Of a stretch of 64,000 nt of DNA, positions 10,558-20,196 are shown in pieces; within the stretch, counting starts at the first letter, position 1, and each line of letters starts with the position of its first letter. Source of the DNA: Synechococcus sp. (GTDB lineage: Bacteria; Cyanobacteriota; Cyanobacteriia; PCC-6307; Cyanobiaceae); contig JBJBEO010000001.1 of assembly GCA_047284725.1 (NCBI GenBank), forward strand, positions 760,202-824,201, in the 5' to 3' direction. A program made the position numbers and the translations under genes. The notes beneath the pieces were generated by a model, which was given only the letters and a program-made list of their open reading frames with translations, had not been told where the DNA came from and did not search any database.

Positions 10558-10872
10558 ATGGCCAGGCGTACCAAAGCTGAAATCGATCACATCAAGCTCT
10601 CCATCTACAGGCTATGTGAGCGGTATCGCCCCATGACCGTGCGGCAGTTGTTTTATGCACTGACCGTTGAACAGGTCATCCCCAAAACTGAGGGTGGCTA
10701 CAAGAACATCGTTTGCCGCCTCACTAAAGAGATGCGGCTTGCTGGTGAGCTGCCTTGGCACTGGCTTGCTGACCACACCCGTTGGATGCGTAAGCCAGAC
10801 ACCTACGGCAGTCTTCATGACTGCTTGGAACAAGCTCAGCTCGCTTACAGACGGGCTGCTGCCATGACTTAA
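10558..10872 (+). pseudogene. Truncated mobile-element protein (N-terminal part only)
   Basis: PMTVRQLFYAL...MRLAGELPWHWLADHTR...AYRR resembles the N-terminus of a longer MGE family that usually continues into a Toprim-like domain; stops right after YRR, where the cargo begins. Confidence 0.55.
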
Positions 10873-11095
10873 GAGATCAAGAGCAACTGCTACGCGGTCG
10901 TTAGGGCGCGAATTCATCGCTCACCTCCGAGCACCACAGATGGAGCCATAGCTCGCGTTGAGTAAGGACCAAGCCGACCGCAAGTAGTGGCACTAATACA
11001 GAGATGCCTCCCGGATCGATTTCCGCAGTACGACAAAGAGCGCGGGCAGCGTGCTGTAAGCATGTATCACCTAAGCCGCCTATCGGTTGCTATCT

Positions 11096-12130
11096 CTAAT
11101 GATAGCGAAGGTGATTATTCTCGTAATTCTTCTGAAGCTGCGTGAGCCTTACGGTCAGGCTGTTGAATCGCTCCATTGCGCGGTTGTTTGACGAGTCAAA
11201 TAGATCACCTCTGATTTCTGAGCTGTACTGCAAGAAATGCTTTGGCTCACATCCATTTCGACCTTGCCAGCTATGAAAGTCACTATGGATCGAAGATTCG
11301 ATAACAAGAATATTGTCATGAAAGTCAGCAAGGTCAGGGCGATTCGATTTATCAAACAAATGATGCCCATCCAGGCTCAGCTCCCGACCACGGGCTTTCT
11401 TTTTCCCCGTGACTTGGCAAGTATCCCTCGCCGCACGCTTCGCTTTCGCGACTGCCTTGTCGATTCGCAGTGGCGCAGCCTCAAGTCTCTTGATTTCTGT
11501 TTTAAAGCAATCCTCAACCACCTCCCCAACGGCACCCACCCAGGCTTTTCTCGCTTTGGTAATGCTTGAGTTGTGGCTCATGTCTACAGCCATACTGGCG
11601 AGACCTTTTTGGCTCCAGATCTTTTCCCCCTCGTCGCTGAGTAGAAAGTGTTTTTCTATCTCAAGCCCTTCTTCCCCATCAAGCAACCCTGTGTGACAGA
11701 GTCTTTCGATTGAGTTATTGATGCCTCGTCCATTTGTCTGCAGAATATTGATGCAGGTCTTTCTACTGACAAATCCTAATTCTCCGCGAACTGCAAGCAA
11801 CGAGCCTGTCTCAATCAGCTCTTGAGTAATGCGCCTTGAGACAAGCATTTGCTTGCGACGGCGACGACGATGCGTCAAAGCCTCTGCAACTAGCTTGATT
11901 AACCCTGGCGTATTTCGGTCAAAGTATTCAGCCAGTGCTTCCACGCCTTCTTCGTAAAACCGGCGCTCGCGATACTCCCCTGAACGCGTGGTGAACTCAA
12001 AGTGCTCTCCTTCGTTTAGCTCCCACTCGTCTTTGTCATCAGAATCAAAGAAATCGATGGTCTTGTAAAGCGTATCGATTCGCTTCCCAAGAATCTTGGC
12101 GGTTTCCTTGTCGGTCAATAGGTCGCGCAT
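11096..12130 (-). CDS. Putative HNH endonuclease with two tandem N-terminal DNA-binding-like repeats
   Basis: C-terminal CQVTG...LDGHHLF...DNILVIESSIHSDFH; repeats LNEGEHF..FYEEGVEALA and LEIEKHF..WSQKGLASMA; GAGGAGG SD upstream. Confidence 0.75.
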   Translation of the reverse strand: MRDLLTDKETAKILGKRIDTLYKTIDFFDSDDKDEWELNEGEHFEFTTRSGEYRERRFYEEGVEALAEYFDRNTPGLIKLVAEALTHRRRRRKQMLVSRRITQELIETGSLLAVRGELGFVSRKTCINILQTNGRGINNSIERLCHTGLLDGEEGLEIEKHFLLSDEGEKIWSQKGLASMAVDMSHNSSITKARKAWVGAVGEVVEDCFKTEIKRLEAAPLRIDKAVAKAKRAARDTCQVTGKKKARGRELSLDGHHLFDKSNRPDLADFHDNILVIESSIHSDFHSWQGRNGCEPKHFLQYSSEIRGDLFDSSNNRAMERFNSLTVRLTQLQKNYENNHLRYH

Positions 12131-12142
12131 GGAATTACCTCC

Positions 12143-12715
12143 TCAATTCATTAATGCAAGGACTGAATCACGCATCTTCTGAAGCCTCGCGAAGACTCTT
12201 GGATCCCCTCCCGCATCAGGATGGTGCACCTTGACTAGATCCCTAAAAGAAGCTTTCACGTCTTCGGCTGTTGCCTTCTTAGGGTCTAGACCAAAGACAT
12301 GCCAAGGGCGGAAGTTTTCGAGGACGTCGATGCCGTTTATGCATGTTGGACCGCTCTTGTTCCTTTCATCCTCTGGAACGGCGACCCACCTTCTATAGAG
12401 TTTTATCCAGTCATCCTTGGTCTTAAGACTGAATTCTTCGCCAGTCATCGACATCATAAAGGTCTTATTATTTCTCAGCTCTGTCGCGTTCTTGCAGTCA
12501 AACTTGTCAAGAACTGCCTTTTTGGCTGTGGTCATAGTCATTGCTTTTGCCTTTGGTTTCGGCGGTTCTTTGAAGGCAGACCCATTAACTCTCTCGGCAA
12601 ATGCGAGCAATGCATTATGAGTTATCGATCCCGATTGAAGCAGGTCTTGAATCAGAAGCTCCACTTCTGGCTTGGTCAGCTTTTTGGCTCGTGCTGCAGC
12701 CACAGGGAACTCCAC
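12143..12715 (-). CDS. C-terminal J-domain (DnaJ-like) protein
   Basis: PWHVFGL...VKASFRDLVKVHHPDAGGD with intact HPD; GTG start at 12715 preceded by AGGAG (alternative ATG at 12745). Confidence 0.85.
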   Translation of the reverse strand: MEFPVAAARAKKLTKPEVELLIQDLLQSGSITHNALLAFAERVNGSAFKEPPKPKAKAMTMTTAKKAVLDKFDCKNATELRNNKTFMMSMTGEEFSLKTKDDWIKLYRRWVAVPEDERNKSGPTCINGIDVLENFRPWHVFGLDPKKATAEDVKASFRDLVKVHHPDAGGDPRVFARLQKMRDSVLALMN

Positions 12716-13002
12716 GCTTACTCCTAAGGTAAAAAAAGAAGGCATTAGAGCTGAGCAGCTTTAGATTGATCTAATTTTTTTTGTTACATCAACCCAACGT
12801 CCTGGCGAGTCCAATATCCATCACGACCTCTATTTACGACATGCCTAATTCAATCAAGCAAAGCCATTGGTCGCCTAACAGACAATCAAGCCTAGATGGT
12901 ATTAGTAGCAATAACGATTACGCGATACCAGCTCTCGGCTTGACGTAATTACCGTTACGGCAAGTGCTCAGCGCCGCCAGCTGAATGGTGTTGATGACGC
13001 AC

Positions 13003-13467
13003 TCAGCCTTTCAACTTCTGATCCTCTGACACATTTGACTGCAGCGCCATCAATCGTCTCACGCTCACAACCCGCTGGCCATTGCTCTGGATCCGTCCTG
13101 CAGCAACCCAAACCGGTGCAGCTGGACCGTTGTAAACCTCGCTCGCGCTGCCATCGCCATTGATCCGCAGCACCAACAGATGATCAGATTCTGGCTCCCT
13201 CCCACGCAGGAAGATCTTATTCCCCTCAACTGTGGCTTTGATTTCTACTGACCGGTCGGTGGCCTTGTGGTGAGCATCGATGCCCTTAGTGCTGGCCGTG
13301 GTCAGTTCCAAGCCATATCGAGCTGCAGCGACGGCCTCGCCAATACTTCCCACTAGATGACCATCCGGGGTGAAGTGACGACCAGGTGCTGCAGCCTCAA
13401 GGGCCTTGATGATCTTGAACAGCTCTGGCACCAACCGCAGCACTTCTCTTGCGTCAATTGGAGCCAT
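13003..13467 (-). CDS. PD-(D/E)xK nuclease-like protein (DUF6998-like)
   Basis: FTPDGHLVGSIGE...GIDA...VEIKAT motifs; start at MAPIDA is inferred. Confidence 0.7.
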   Translation of the reverse strand: MAPIDAREVLRLVPELFKIIKALEAAAPGRHFTPDGHLVGSIGEAVAAARYGLELTTASTKGIDAHHKATDRSVEIKATVEGNKIFLRGREPESDHLLVLRINGDGSASEVYNGPAAPVWVAAGRIQSNGQRVVSVRRLMALQSNVSEDQKLKG

Positions 13468-13696
13468 CAGAAAGCCTCTGCAGTGGTCTTCAACATCCCT
13501 CACACCTGGATAGCCGCAATGCCCTCAACTCCGAGGCACGTATTTACGGAACGGGTGGCTTGGCTTGTCCGCATGCCTGCCGCGCTCGCAAGCAATCAAA
13601 TCAAGTCAGAAAAGTGAGCGCATCAGAACAAATAGCAGCCTTTTCAATTCTACAACCTCAGCAAAGACATGCGGAATTAAAAGGTTTACGATCTAA

Positions 13697-14605
13697 TTAA
13701 ACTAAAATGGTCTTCATTTTCGCCTCAACGGAGTCAACCAAAGAGGCAATTCGACCTATAAGCTCAAAACAATCTCCAGCAGTCAAATTAATTGGTTTTC
13801 CTTGCTTGTCAAAGCCAGCCCTATGGACACAATCATTGCGAATATCGAGACTGCGGAACCAACTCCCTCTCTCCTTGTGTTCGCCATACACATTGATATG
13901 AGCAACAGCAGAAAACATCTTGTCAATTTTGTCAATACGATGAAAAACTATACCTTCTAAAGCCTTATCCACCCTACCCGGGATGAGCACCTTTTTCTTG
14001 TATTCATCCTGAAGCCTCTTCAGGCTTAGCTCATCAGCCTTGCCACTTAACACCATATCGACACACTCTTTTTGCATGCCATCATTTACATAGCCTCCTT
14101 GATGAAGAGCAAGCTTCACCTTTGCTTCATCGTTAGACAACACATAATGCTTGAAAACAGATTCCAAATAACCCTCTAATATCGCAAAAGCCGAAACAAA
14201 ACAGCTGCGGAAAAGAGCCTGCTGAAGCTCCGCATTTCTGGACAGAGGCGAATTATCACGCAGACCAAGCAAATCCTTTACCGAATCCAGCTGCTTCAAC
14301 ACGTCTAAACGGCGAGGAGAATTATCACGAAACCAATCAACATCATCATCCCAAGGCTCACACCATTCAATGTCATCTTGATCGACTCCCGGGATGGAGC
14401 AGTAAAGATGATAATAGTCATTGCATATTTCTATAGCAAACTCTCGACCACAGTCAGGACAAAGAAGAGAATCCTCGGAATAGCTTTGAGAATCTTGCAG
14501 CTTTTCCGCAGAGAAGTTAGGAGAGGGAACATCGAGAGAACCCTGAATTAGAGAGTTGCAACTCGCACAATGAAAATGAATGGTGGAACGCAAGCTCAAG
14601 AACAA
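13697..14605 (-). CDS. Zn-ribbon + HEPN domain protein (putative RNase)
   Basis: CASC...CPDC Zn ribbon, ILEGYLE helix and RNDCVH (Rx4H) motif. Confidence 0.7.
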   Translation of the reverse strand: MFLSLRSTIHFHCASCNSLIQGSLDVPSPNFSAEKLQDSQSYSEDSLLCPDCGREFAIEICNDYYHLYCSIPGVDQDDIEWCEPWDDDVDWFRDNSPRRLDVLKQLDSVKDLLGLRDNSPLSRNAELQQALFRSCFVSAFAILEGYLESVFKHYVLSNDEAKVKLALHQGGYVNDGMQKECVDMVLSGKADELSLKRLQDEYKKKVLIPGRVDKALEGIVFHRIDKIDKMFSAVAHINVYGEHKERGSWFRSLDIRNDCVHRAGFDKQGKPINLTAGDCFELIGRIASLVDSVEAKMKTILV

Positions 14606-14642
14606 TCCCCCCTAATTCACTGCAATAAAACATTCAAGACAA

Positions 14643-15290
14643 TCAATCAATTGACCCAAGACGGGCCCGCTCTTTAGAGGCCATACCAGGATTTAACTCT
14701 GCCCACTTCTTCATTCCAGGATTGGCATCCAAATACGCGTCATAGCTACATCCATAAGATTTAATCCTAAAGTCACATTTTGGACCCTCTCTACGCTCTC
14801 GTGCCGCTATCTCTGAAGGACTCTCCCACCCTGCAGGCGGTTTTTGACATGTGCTGTTGTAACCAACTTCGGGCTCCCCGGGAGGGCATTCAGGATTAAT
14901 AGAGGCTCTCGCATTTCCTTGTAATTGCATCACACCAGCTCCATACCAAAAAGATCCCTTGCAGCCCCAATCGGCCTTGCCAGCAACACGCTGATCGTGC
15001 CCAGTGTCAAAACCCAGCCCTGTTGCAGTGTTGTAGACACACCTGACTTCCATGCAATTTCCGCCACCAACGTAAGCGAAGCCTGACGGGCACTGATTGC
15101 CTTCTGCTAAATCAGCACCCTGAGAATGAATTTCTCGGATAGTAGTCGTATTAGCATTTCCCTTCATAGCCCTTACACATCCGGCATAATCTTTTGCCTC
15201 AATGCAAAGTTTATGGATTTTTGGGTCAACCTGAGCATAAGCAGGTATCCCAAAGCACATGATTTGGATAAAGAGAATGACTCGCTTCAT
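14643..15290 (-). CDS. Secreted Cys-rich hypothetical protein
   Basis: Signal peptide MKRVILF...AYA and many Cys. Confidence 0.65.
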   Translation of the reverse strand: MKRVILFIQIMCFGIPAYAQVDPKIHKLCIEAKDYAGCVRAMKGNANTTTIREIHSQGADLAEGNQCPSGFAYVGGGNCMEVRCVYNTATGLGFDTGHDQRVAGKADWGCKGSFWYGAGVMQLQGNARASINPECPPGEPEVGYNSTCQKPPAGWESPSEIAARERREGPKCDFRIKSYGCSYDAYLDANPGMKKWAELNPGMASKERARLGSID

Positions 15291-15353
15291 CGACAGGGCC
15301 AAGTTCTGACTTGCATCCTCCATTATGTTCCCAGGAGCTCTGCCGAAAAGTAT

Positions 15354-15470
15354 TCAGCGCCGCCGCCCCCGTGGCGTTGCCGTCGTGCTCAGCCCACACA
15401 GGATCGACAGTTCTCTGATGGCACCGACGACAGCGGCAGGCTGCCCACGCTTTGCAGCATCACCCGCCGT
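15354..15470 (-). pseudogene. 3' relic of a TerS-like gene (paralog of 27710-28057)
   Basis: Translates TAGDAAKRGQPAAVVGAIRELSILCGLSTTATPRGRRR*. Confidence 0.8.
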
Positions 15471-15507
15471 CTTTTCAGTATCTGAATCGACAAGCGATCA
15501 AGTCCTA

Positions 15508-15900
15508 GTGATCAAACGGCTGCTCCCCCTAGCGGCAATGCTGCTTGCCAGTTGCACTGCTGCTGCTGGCCCGTACCCCGAGGTGCAGATTGCTCGTTGC
15601 TACGACGGCGATACCTGCACCAGCACCACCGGAGAGAAGATCCGGCTGGCGTGCATCGACACGCCAGAGCTACAAGGGCGAAATGCTGATCCAATTCCAG
15701 CGAAAGCTGCACGGGACTATCTGCGTGGCTACCTGAAAGGGAAGACCATCACCATCCGCCGCATCGATACCGATCGCTATGGCCGCACCGTGGCGGAGCT
15801 GTTTGCGGACGGGGTGAATGTCCAGCAACAGTTGGATGCGAGCGGGCATGCAGAGGTCTACCACCGTTACGCCAAACAGTGCCCATGGACAAATCACTGA
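15508..15900 (+). CDS. Thermonuclease (SNase) family, probable lipoprotein
   Basis: DGDT, IRLACIDTPE and DRYGRTVA motifs; lipobox LASC; GTG start inferred. Confidence 0.85.
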   Translation: MIKRLLPLAAMLLASCTAAAGPYPEVQIARCYDGDTCTSTTGEKIRLACIDTPELQGRNADPIPAKAARDYLRGYLKGKTITIRRIDTDRYGRTVAELFADGVNVQQQLDASGHAEVYHRYAKQCPWTNH

Positions 15901-16080
15901 TCCGCACCACACTCGCTGCCATCGCATCCACGGCTGCGCTCCTTGCAGTCAGCGAACCGATGGATCCACCAGTGGCCCAGGCCGACACCGTGAGAGGAGG
16001 GCTCTGCTAGCTGCTATGACTTGAAACATCTGGCCTCTTCGGTGAAAAAGATTTATTTTGTATATAGCGGTCACTCCAAA

Positions 16081-17364
16081 TCAAGCAAGACGATCAATTT
16101 GATATGCAACCTCACCACTCTCACGATTAATTATCTTGAGCTGGGCTGAGAGCTGAAGTCTTTCTAAGCATTGACTAATTTCTGACTCACTGACAGGAAT
16201 GATGGAAATCAGCTCAATTCTTGAAATTGCCTCGTCCGGAGAATTGAGAGCCGCCTTTATGATTTCTTTCCTAACCCTTTCTTCTGAGTATTCACCAGTG
16301 TCAACGATAGCGCTGGCAACATATGTGTGCTGACTCGTGGAATGATCAATATTGACTGACTTGTCGTGATAGTCACCGGAAACCGTGAGGCTTTCCTTCA
16401 TCGCCATCACTTCATTGGTAATCATTTGCTCGTCATAGATTGTTGATGAACCACCTTCCCTCTGCGATCCATAATAAGTCCTCGAAAGTTCTTGATAAAG
16501 ATTCAGGGCGGTAACAGGCAGTCGAATCTTGTCGGCCATGTCCTGCAAAGCCTGTCTTTCGTTGGCAATAAAATCTAACAAGCCTTGCCATTCTGGATGA
16601 TGACTAGGCGTGTAACCAGGGAGGCCAACGCCTCCATTTTCAATACTTAGGCCAGAAGCAACCTCAGCTTTGTCACTCTCAAAAGCCAAATAATCTTCTC
16701 CTGGAGAGACTAGATCAATCACTTCTCTAACCATCTGAGCATACTCTTTAAAAAGGTTAATTGATCTGCCCTTGTTCAATAGTATCTCTTTCCGCTTGCT
16801 TGCCACCTCAGCCCCCTTTCTCTGGGCTTTTGACTTCGCCTCTTCAAGCTTCTTCTCAGCCTCATCTCTTTTTTTGTTTAGCAAATCTTCTGACTCAAGC
16901 CTATAAGCCCTTTCCAACTTTCTTTTTTCCCGAAGATAGAATTCTTCTAAGCCAAGAACAGGAAACACTCGCACCTTCAACAAATTAGTATAGCTAAAGA
17001 GCAGCAAAGCTATAAAAATAAGAAAGATAATTGCAACAAATGAAGAGATAAAAAAGTCTTGCGCAAAAGGCATTATTCCTACTGCAAAAGCCAAAAAACG
17101 CCAAAGCGTGAAAATGGAAAGGATGAGAAATGTCCCGGAGGCAATAAAAAACCTAGTTGATACACTATTTGACATATTCCTGATTTCGCGAATGGTCCTA
17201 TCTAGGGTCTCAATTTTTTCTTCTGTAGTTTGATTTGCATAACGCTCTGCCTCAAGATTTCGCAGTGCTACTTGCTCAATTTTTTTCGCTTGCTTTGCGT
17301 GGGAATAGCGAGCAAAGCTGTTGATTTGTGCCTTGCTTGGGAGAAGGGTTAAGTCGACTTCCAT
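16081..17364 (-). CDS. Membrane-anchored coiled-coil protein with a possible C-terminal wHTH
   Basis: Two TM segments, a K/E-rich coil and C-terminal ISRIELISII...ISQCLERLQ; AT-rich. Confidence 0.65.
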   Translation of the reverse strand: MEVDLTLLPSKAQINSFARYSHAKQAKKIEQVALRNLEAERYANQTTEEKIETLDRTIREIRNMSNSVSTRFFIASGTFLILSIFTLWRFLAFAVGIMPFAQDFFISSFVAIIFLIFIALLLFSYTNLLKVRVFPVLGLEEFYLREKRKLERAYRLESEDLLNKKRDEAEKKLEEAKSKAQRKGAEVASKRKEILLNKGRSINLFKEYAQMVREVIDLVSPGEDYLAFESDKAEVASGLSIENGGVGLPGYTPSHHPEWQGLLDFIANERQALQDMADKIRLPVTALNLYQELSRTYYGSQREGGSSTIYDEQMITNEVMAMKESLTVSGDYHDKSVNIDHSTSQHTYVASAIVDTGEYSEERVRKEIIKAALNSPDEAISRIELISIIPVSESEISQCLERLQLSAQLKIINRESGEVAYQIDRLA

Positions 17365-17512
17365 TCTCTAAGACTGCTAATTTTTTTGATGCCTATTAAG
17401 AATTGTAGCTGCAAATAATTAAATCTTCAACCTCACGTAACGATCTGACAGTCATTTCGCTATTCCTGGTGTGGATTCCTCTCGGCCTACTAAGACAGCT
17501 CTTGCCCCACGC

Positions 17513-17818
17513 TTACGACTTGGTTCTGATCACCAGCATGGCAATGACTGGGAAGCTAACCCCGACGCTTCCGATCACGACCGCCAGGTGTTTCAACCCC
17601 TCGGTTGTCTTGTTTGCGCGCCAGAGACTGAATAATCCCAGAACAAATGCCGTGGGGCTCCCATAGACCCAGAATGCGACCAGGTTTAACCCTCTGCCGA
17701 ATCCTTCTCCCGATGGACGCATCACGATCAGGGTGATGTAAAGCGCAGCAATAGCGAGTGCTAATCCAAGAATCCATTGTTCACGCAGTAGCTTTCTGAG
17801 CATTGGTATCGACAGCAA
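17513..17818 (-). CDS. Small membrane protein
   Basis: Three hydrophobic segments. Confidence 0.55.
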   Translation of the reverse strand: MLSIPMLRKLLREQWILGLALAIAALYITLIVMRPSGEGFGRGLNLVAFWVYGSPTAFVLGLFSLWRANKTTEGLKHLAVVIGSVGVSFPVIAMLVIRTKS

Positions 17819-17892
17819 GAAGGATGTCTATGCCAAACCATAGGAAGATTGAGCTTACAAAATGAATATTTGATTGAAGATACCTGAAAGAA

Positions 17893-18327
17893 TCAACAAG
17901 CTTGTCTTACTAAACTTCTTTCGGCTTCCCACTTAGGCTGAAAAGCTGGCTCCCACCATGAGCCCTGTTTTTTTAATACTCCTTGATAATTTTTAAGCAT
18001 GTAGTTTGTAGGGCGTATCATGCTTGTAGGGCGATATATCCTGAAATCTGCAGTAAGCACGTCGCCGTCGTTGTATATGAGCTTTGCATTCGCAATCTTT
18101 AATCCAGGTGGGGTGCTTTCGCTGATTTGAAGAATAGTCGCGGTATCAATAATGTCTGGCACGACTTGAGGAGAAGGCATCTTGTAGACGGGCGAAGGAG
18201 CTGCTGGCACTTGTGTCAAGGGAGGCTTGCTTGAAGGTGGATTTGTTGCAGTGGGGTTGTTGATCGTTACAGCGCAGCCAGTTGCAAGGAAGATGATGGT
18301 TGGTGTGGAAAGCAGTATTGGTTTCAT
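17893..18327 (-). CDS. Putative lipoprotein
   Basis: MKPILL...LATGC lipobox followed by a Pro-rich linker. Confidence 0.55.
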   Translation of the reverse strand: MKPILLSTPTIIFLATGCAVTINNPTATNPPSSKPPLTQVPAAPSPVYKMPSPQVVPDIIDTATILQISESTPPGLKIANAKLIYNDGDVLTADFRIYRPTSMIRPTNYMLKNYQGVLKKQGSWWEPAFQPKWEAERSLVRQAC

Positions 18328-18524
18328 TCGGCCTTCAGCATCGCGAAGTTGCATCTTCCTTCTCGCAGGGATTAATGTCAACTTTTTACATGGGCTTTGG
18401 CTCCTTTACTAATCACAATTTCTGAAGCTCTATTAGGTGTCGATCAGCCTGGGCGTGCTTTCGGTGGCCGTCAGTAGTTTCTGCACCCACCCCATAAGCT
18501 GGCCGGCATCAGACCAGTAGGGGT

Positions 18525-19580
18525 ATGCGCCGCCTTTCAGCACTGCTTACAGCCTTGATGCTGCCAACCGCGCAGCCACTGCTGCTGGGTGCGGTGGCAT
18601 CAACTGCTGTTGTGGTCTCGCAAGTACCTGCCCAGGCGCAAAGCGCAGAAGCGGTCGCTCAGATTGCTCAAGCGATCACAGTGCGCATTGAAGGTGCCAC
18701 GCAGGGCTCAGGCGTCCTGGTGAAGCGTGAGGGCAATCGCTACACGGTGCTGACCGCCTGGCATGTGGTGAGCGGGCAACGAGCAGGAGAAGAGCTGGAC
18801 ATCTATACCCCTGATGGGCAGCGCCATTCGGTTGAGCCAGGCAGCATCCAACGCTTGGGGCAGGTGGACATGGCGGTGCTGAGCTTTGTCAGCTCAGGCT
18901 CTTATGAGCTGGCACGGGTTGGTGATGTCGGTAGTGTCAAAAGCGGTGGACCGATTTATGTCTCGGGCTTTCCCCTGTCGACGTCATCGGTGCCGAGTCG
19001 TATTTTTCGCTTTTTGAAAGGCGACGTGATTGCTAACGCAACAGTTGCCATTCCCAATGGATACCAGCTTCTGTATTCCAACCCGACGCTGCCTGGGATG
19101 AGCGGAGGTGCGGTGCTGAATGGTCAAGGGCAGCTTGTTGGTATTCATGGTCAGGGGGAGACCGACATCAATTTGACAGAGCAGCAGGGCGTAGCTGTCA
19201 AGACAGGCACTAATCAGGCAGTGCCGACGACGTATTACAACCAGCTGCTTTCAAATTCCGTTGTTGTTTCCTCCTCATCCCAATCAAGAGGTGCTGACAA
19301 TTATCTAGTACAAGCAAAGGTTTTATTGGGCCTTAGAGGGCGAGAGAAAGAAGTCGTTAGGCTTTCCAGCCAAGCCCTAGCCATGCAAGAAAGTGCAGAA
19401 GCATTTCTATATCGTGCTAATGCTAAAGCAGCCTTGGGAGAAAATCAAGGTGCTACTTCTGACTACGAAAAAGCAATTTTAATAAACCCGCGATACTCAG
19501 CGCCTCGTTATCGTCTAAGACTTCACAAAAGCCGCAAGCGCTTTATCCAAAAACAATGGGACGCGCTTCCTGGTTATTGA
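18525..19580 (+). CDS. Secreted trypsin-like serine protease with TPR
   Basis: Signal peptide, TAWH, DMAVL and GMSGG triad motifs; C-terminal TPR, probably truncated. Confidence 0.85.
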   Translation: MRRLSALLTALMLPTAQPLLLGAVASTAVVVSQVPAQAQSAEAVAQIAQAITVRIEGATQGSGVLVKREGNRYTVLTAWHVVSGQRAGEELDIYTPDGQRHSVEPGSIQRLGQVDMAVLSFVSSGSYELARVGDVGSVKSGGPIYVSGFPLSTSSVPSRIFRFLKGDVIANATVAIPNGYQLLYSNPTLPGMSGGAVLNGQGQLVGIHGQGETDINLTEQQGVAVKTGTNQAVPTTYYNQLLSNSVVVSSSSQSRGADNYLVQAKVLLGLRGREKEVVRLSSQALAMQESAEAFLYRANAKAALGENQGATSDYEKAILINPRYSAPRYRLRLHKSRKRFIQKQWDALPGY

Positions 19581-19653
19581 GGGTAATTCAAGAATGTTTT
19601 CGGTATTAATTTCAAAAAAGTATGAGTACTAAATTGTCCTTTGTGTTGGGTAG

Positions 19654-19746
19654 CCCGTCGTGAGGTGGATACGCCACCGCAACGCCATCGAGGCTTGGCA
19701 GGCGATGCTCAAGACCGGCTGGCAGCGATGCCCTCCACGCTGGGGC
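19654..19746 (+). pseudogene. C-terminal relic of a DUF1651-like gene
   Basis: PVVRWIRHRNAIEAWQAMLKTGWQRCPPRW matches the C-terminus of 34560-34844. Confidence 0.75.
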
Positions 19747-19893
19747 TCAAAAAAGCATCCGTAGATGAGGCTGCGGATCACGACTGACCGTGGGGGCAGT
19801 AATCAGTAAATCCTGCAGCCCCTGGGCGCCAGATACTGGTTCACCGTTGCCTAGCTCTTCGACCAGAATTGGCTGACAGAAAGCCATTGCTGC

Positions 19894-20067
19894 ATGGAAC
19901 CCATCACCTACCTGGTCATTGTCTGGGCAACCTATGGGGCCCACAGAACAACGGCAGCGATGGAGTCGATTCCCCAGTCATCACTGAAACAGTGTCAGTC
20001 CAATGTGGAACTAATCCAGGAGTGGCAGCCCAAAGCGAGCGCGCGTTGCATTGAAGGCGTCAGATAG
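19894..20067 (+). CDS. Small hypothetical protein (57 aa), not in the ORF track
   Basis: MEPITYLVIVWATYGAH...KQCQSN...ARCIEGVR*; hydrophobic N-terminus and a Cys pair. Confidence 0.55.
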   Translation: MEPITYLVIVWATYGAHRTTAAMESIPQSSLKQCQSNVELIQEWQPKASARCIEGVR

Positions 20068-20106
20068 GGAGGAGGAGGACCCACGCAGATCAGAGGAGCA
20101 TCAAGG

Positions 20107-20145
20107 CAAAAGAGAAGGCCGCCCTTCCCGATGGAAAGACGGCCT
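20107..20145 (-). terminator. Minus-strand intrinsic terminator-like hairpin (copy 1)
   Basis: AGGCCGTCTTTCC/GGAAGGGCGGCCT stem (G-U pairs only on the minus strand) followed by TCTCTTTT; homolog near 25569. Confidence 0.6.
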
Positions 20146-20196
20146 ATCTCGCTCGTTTACGCATGGTTCAACCCATCACTGCAGAAGAGAGATGAG

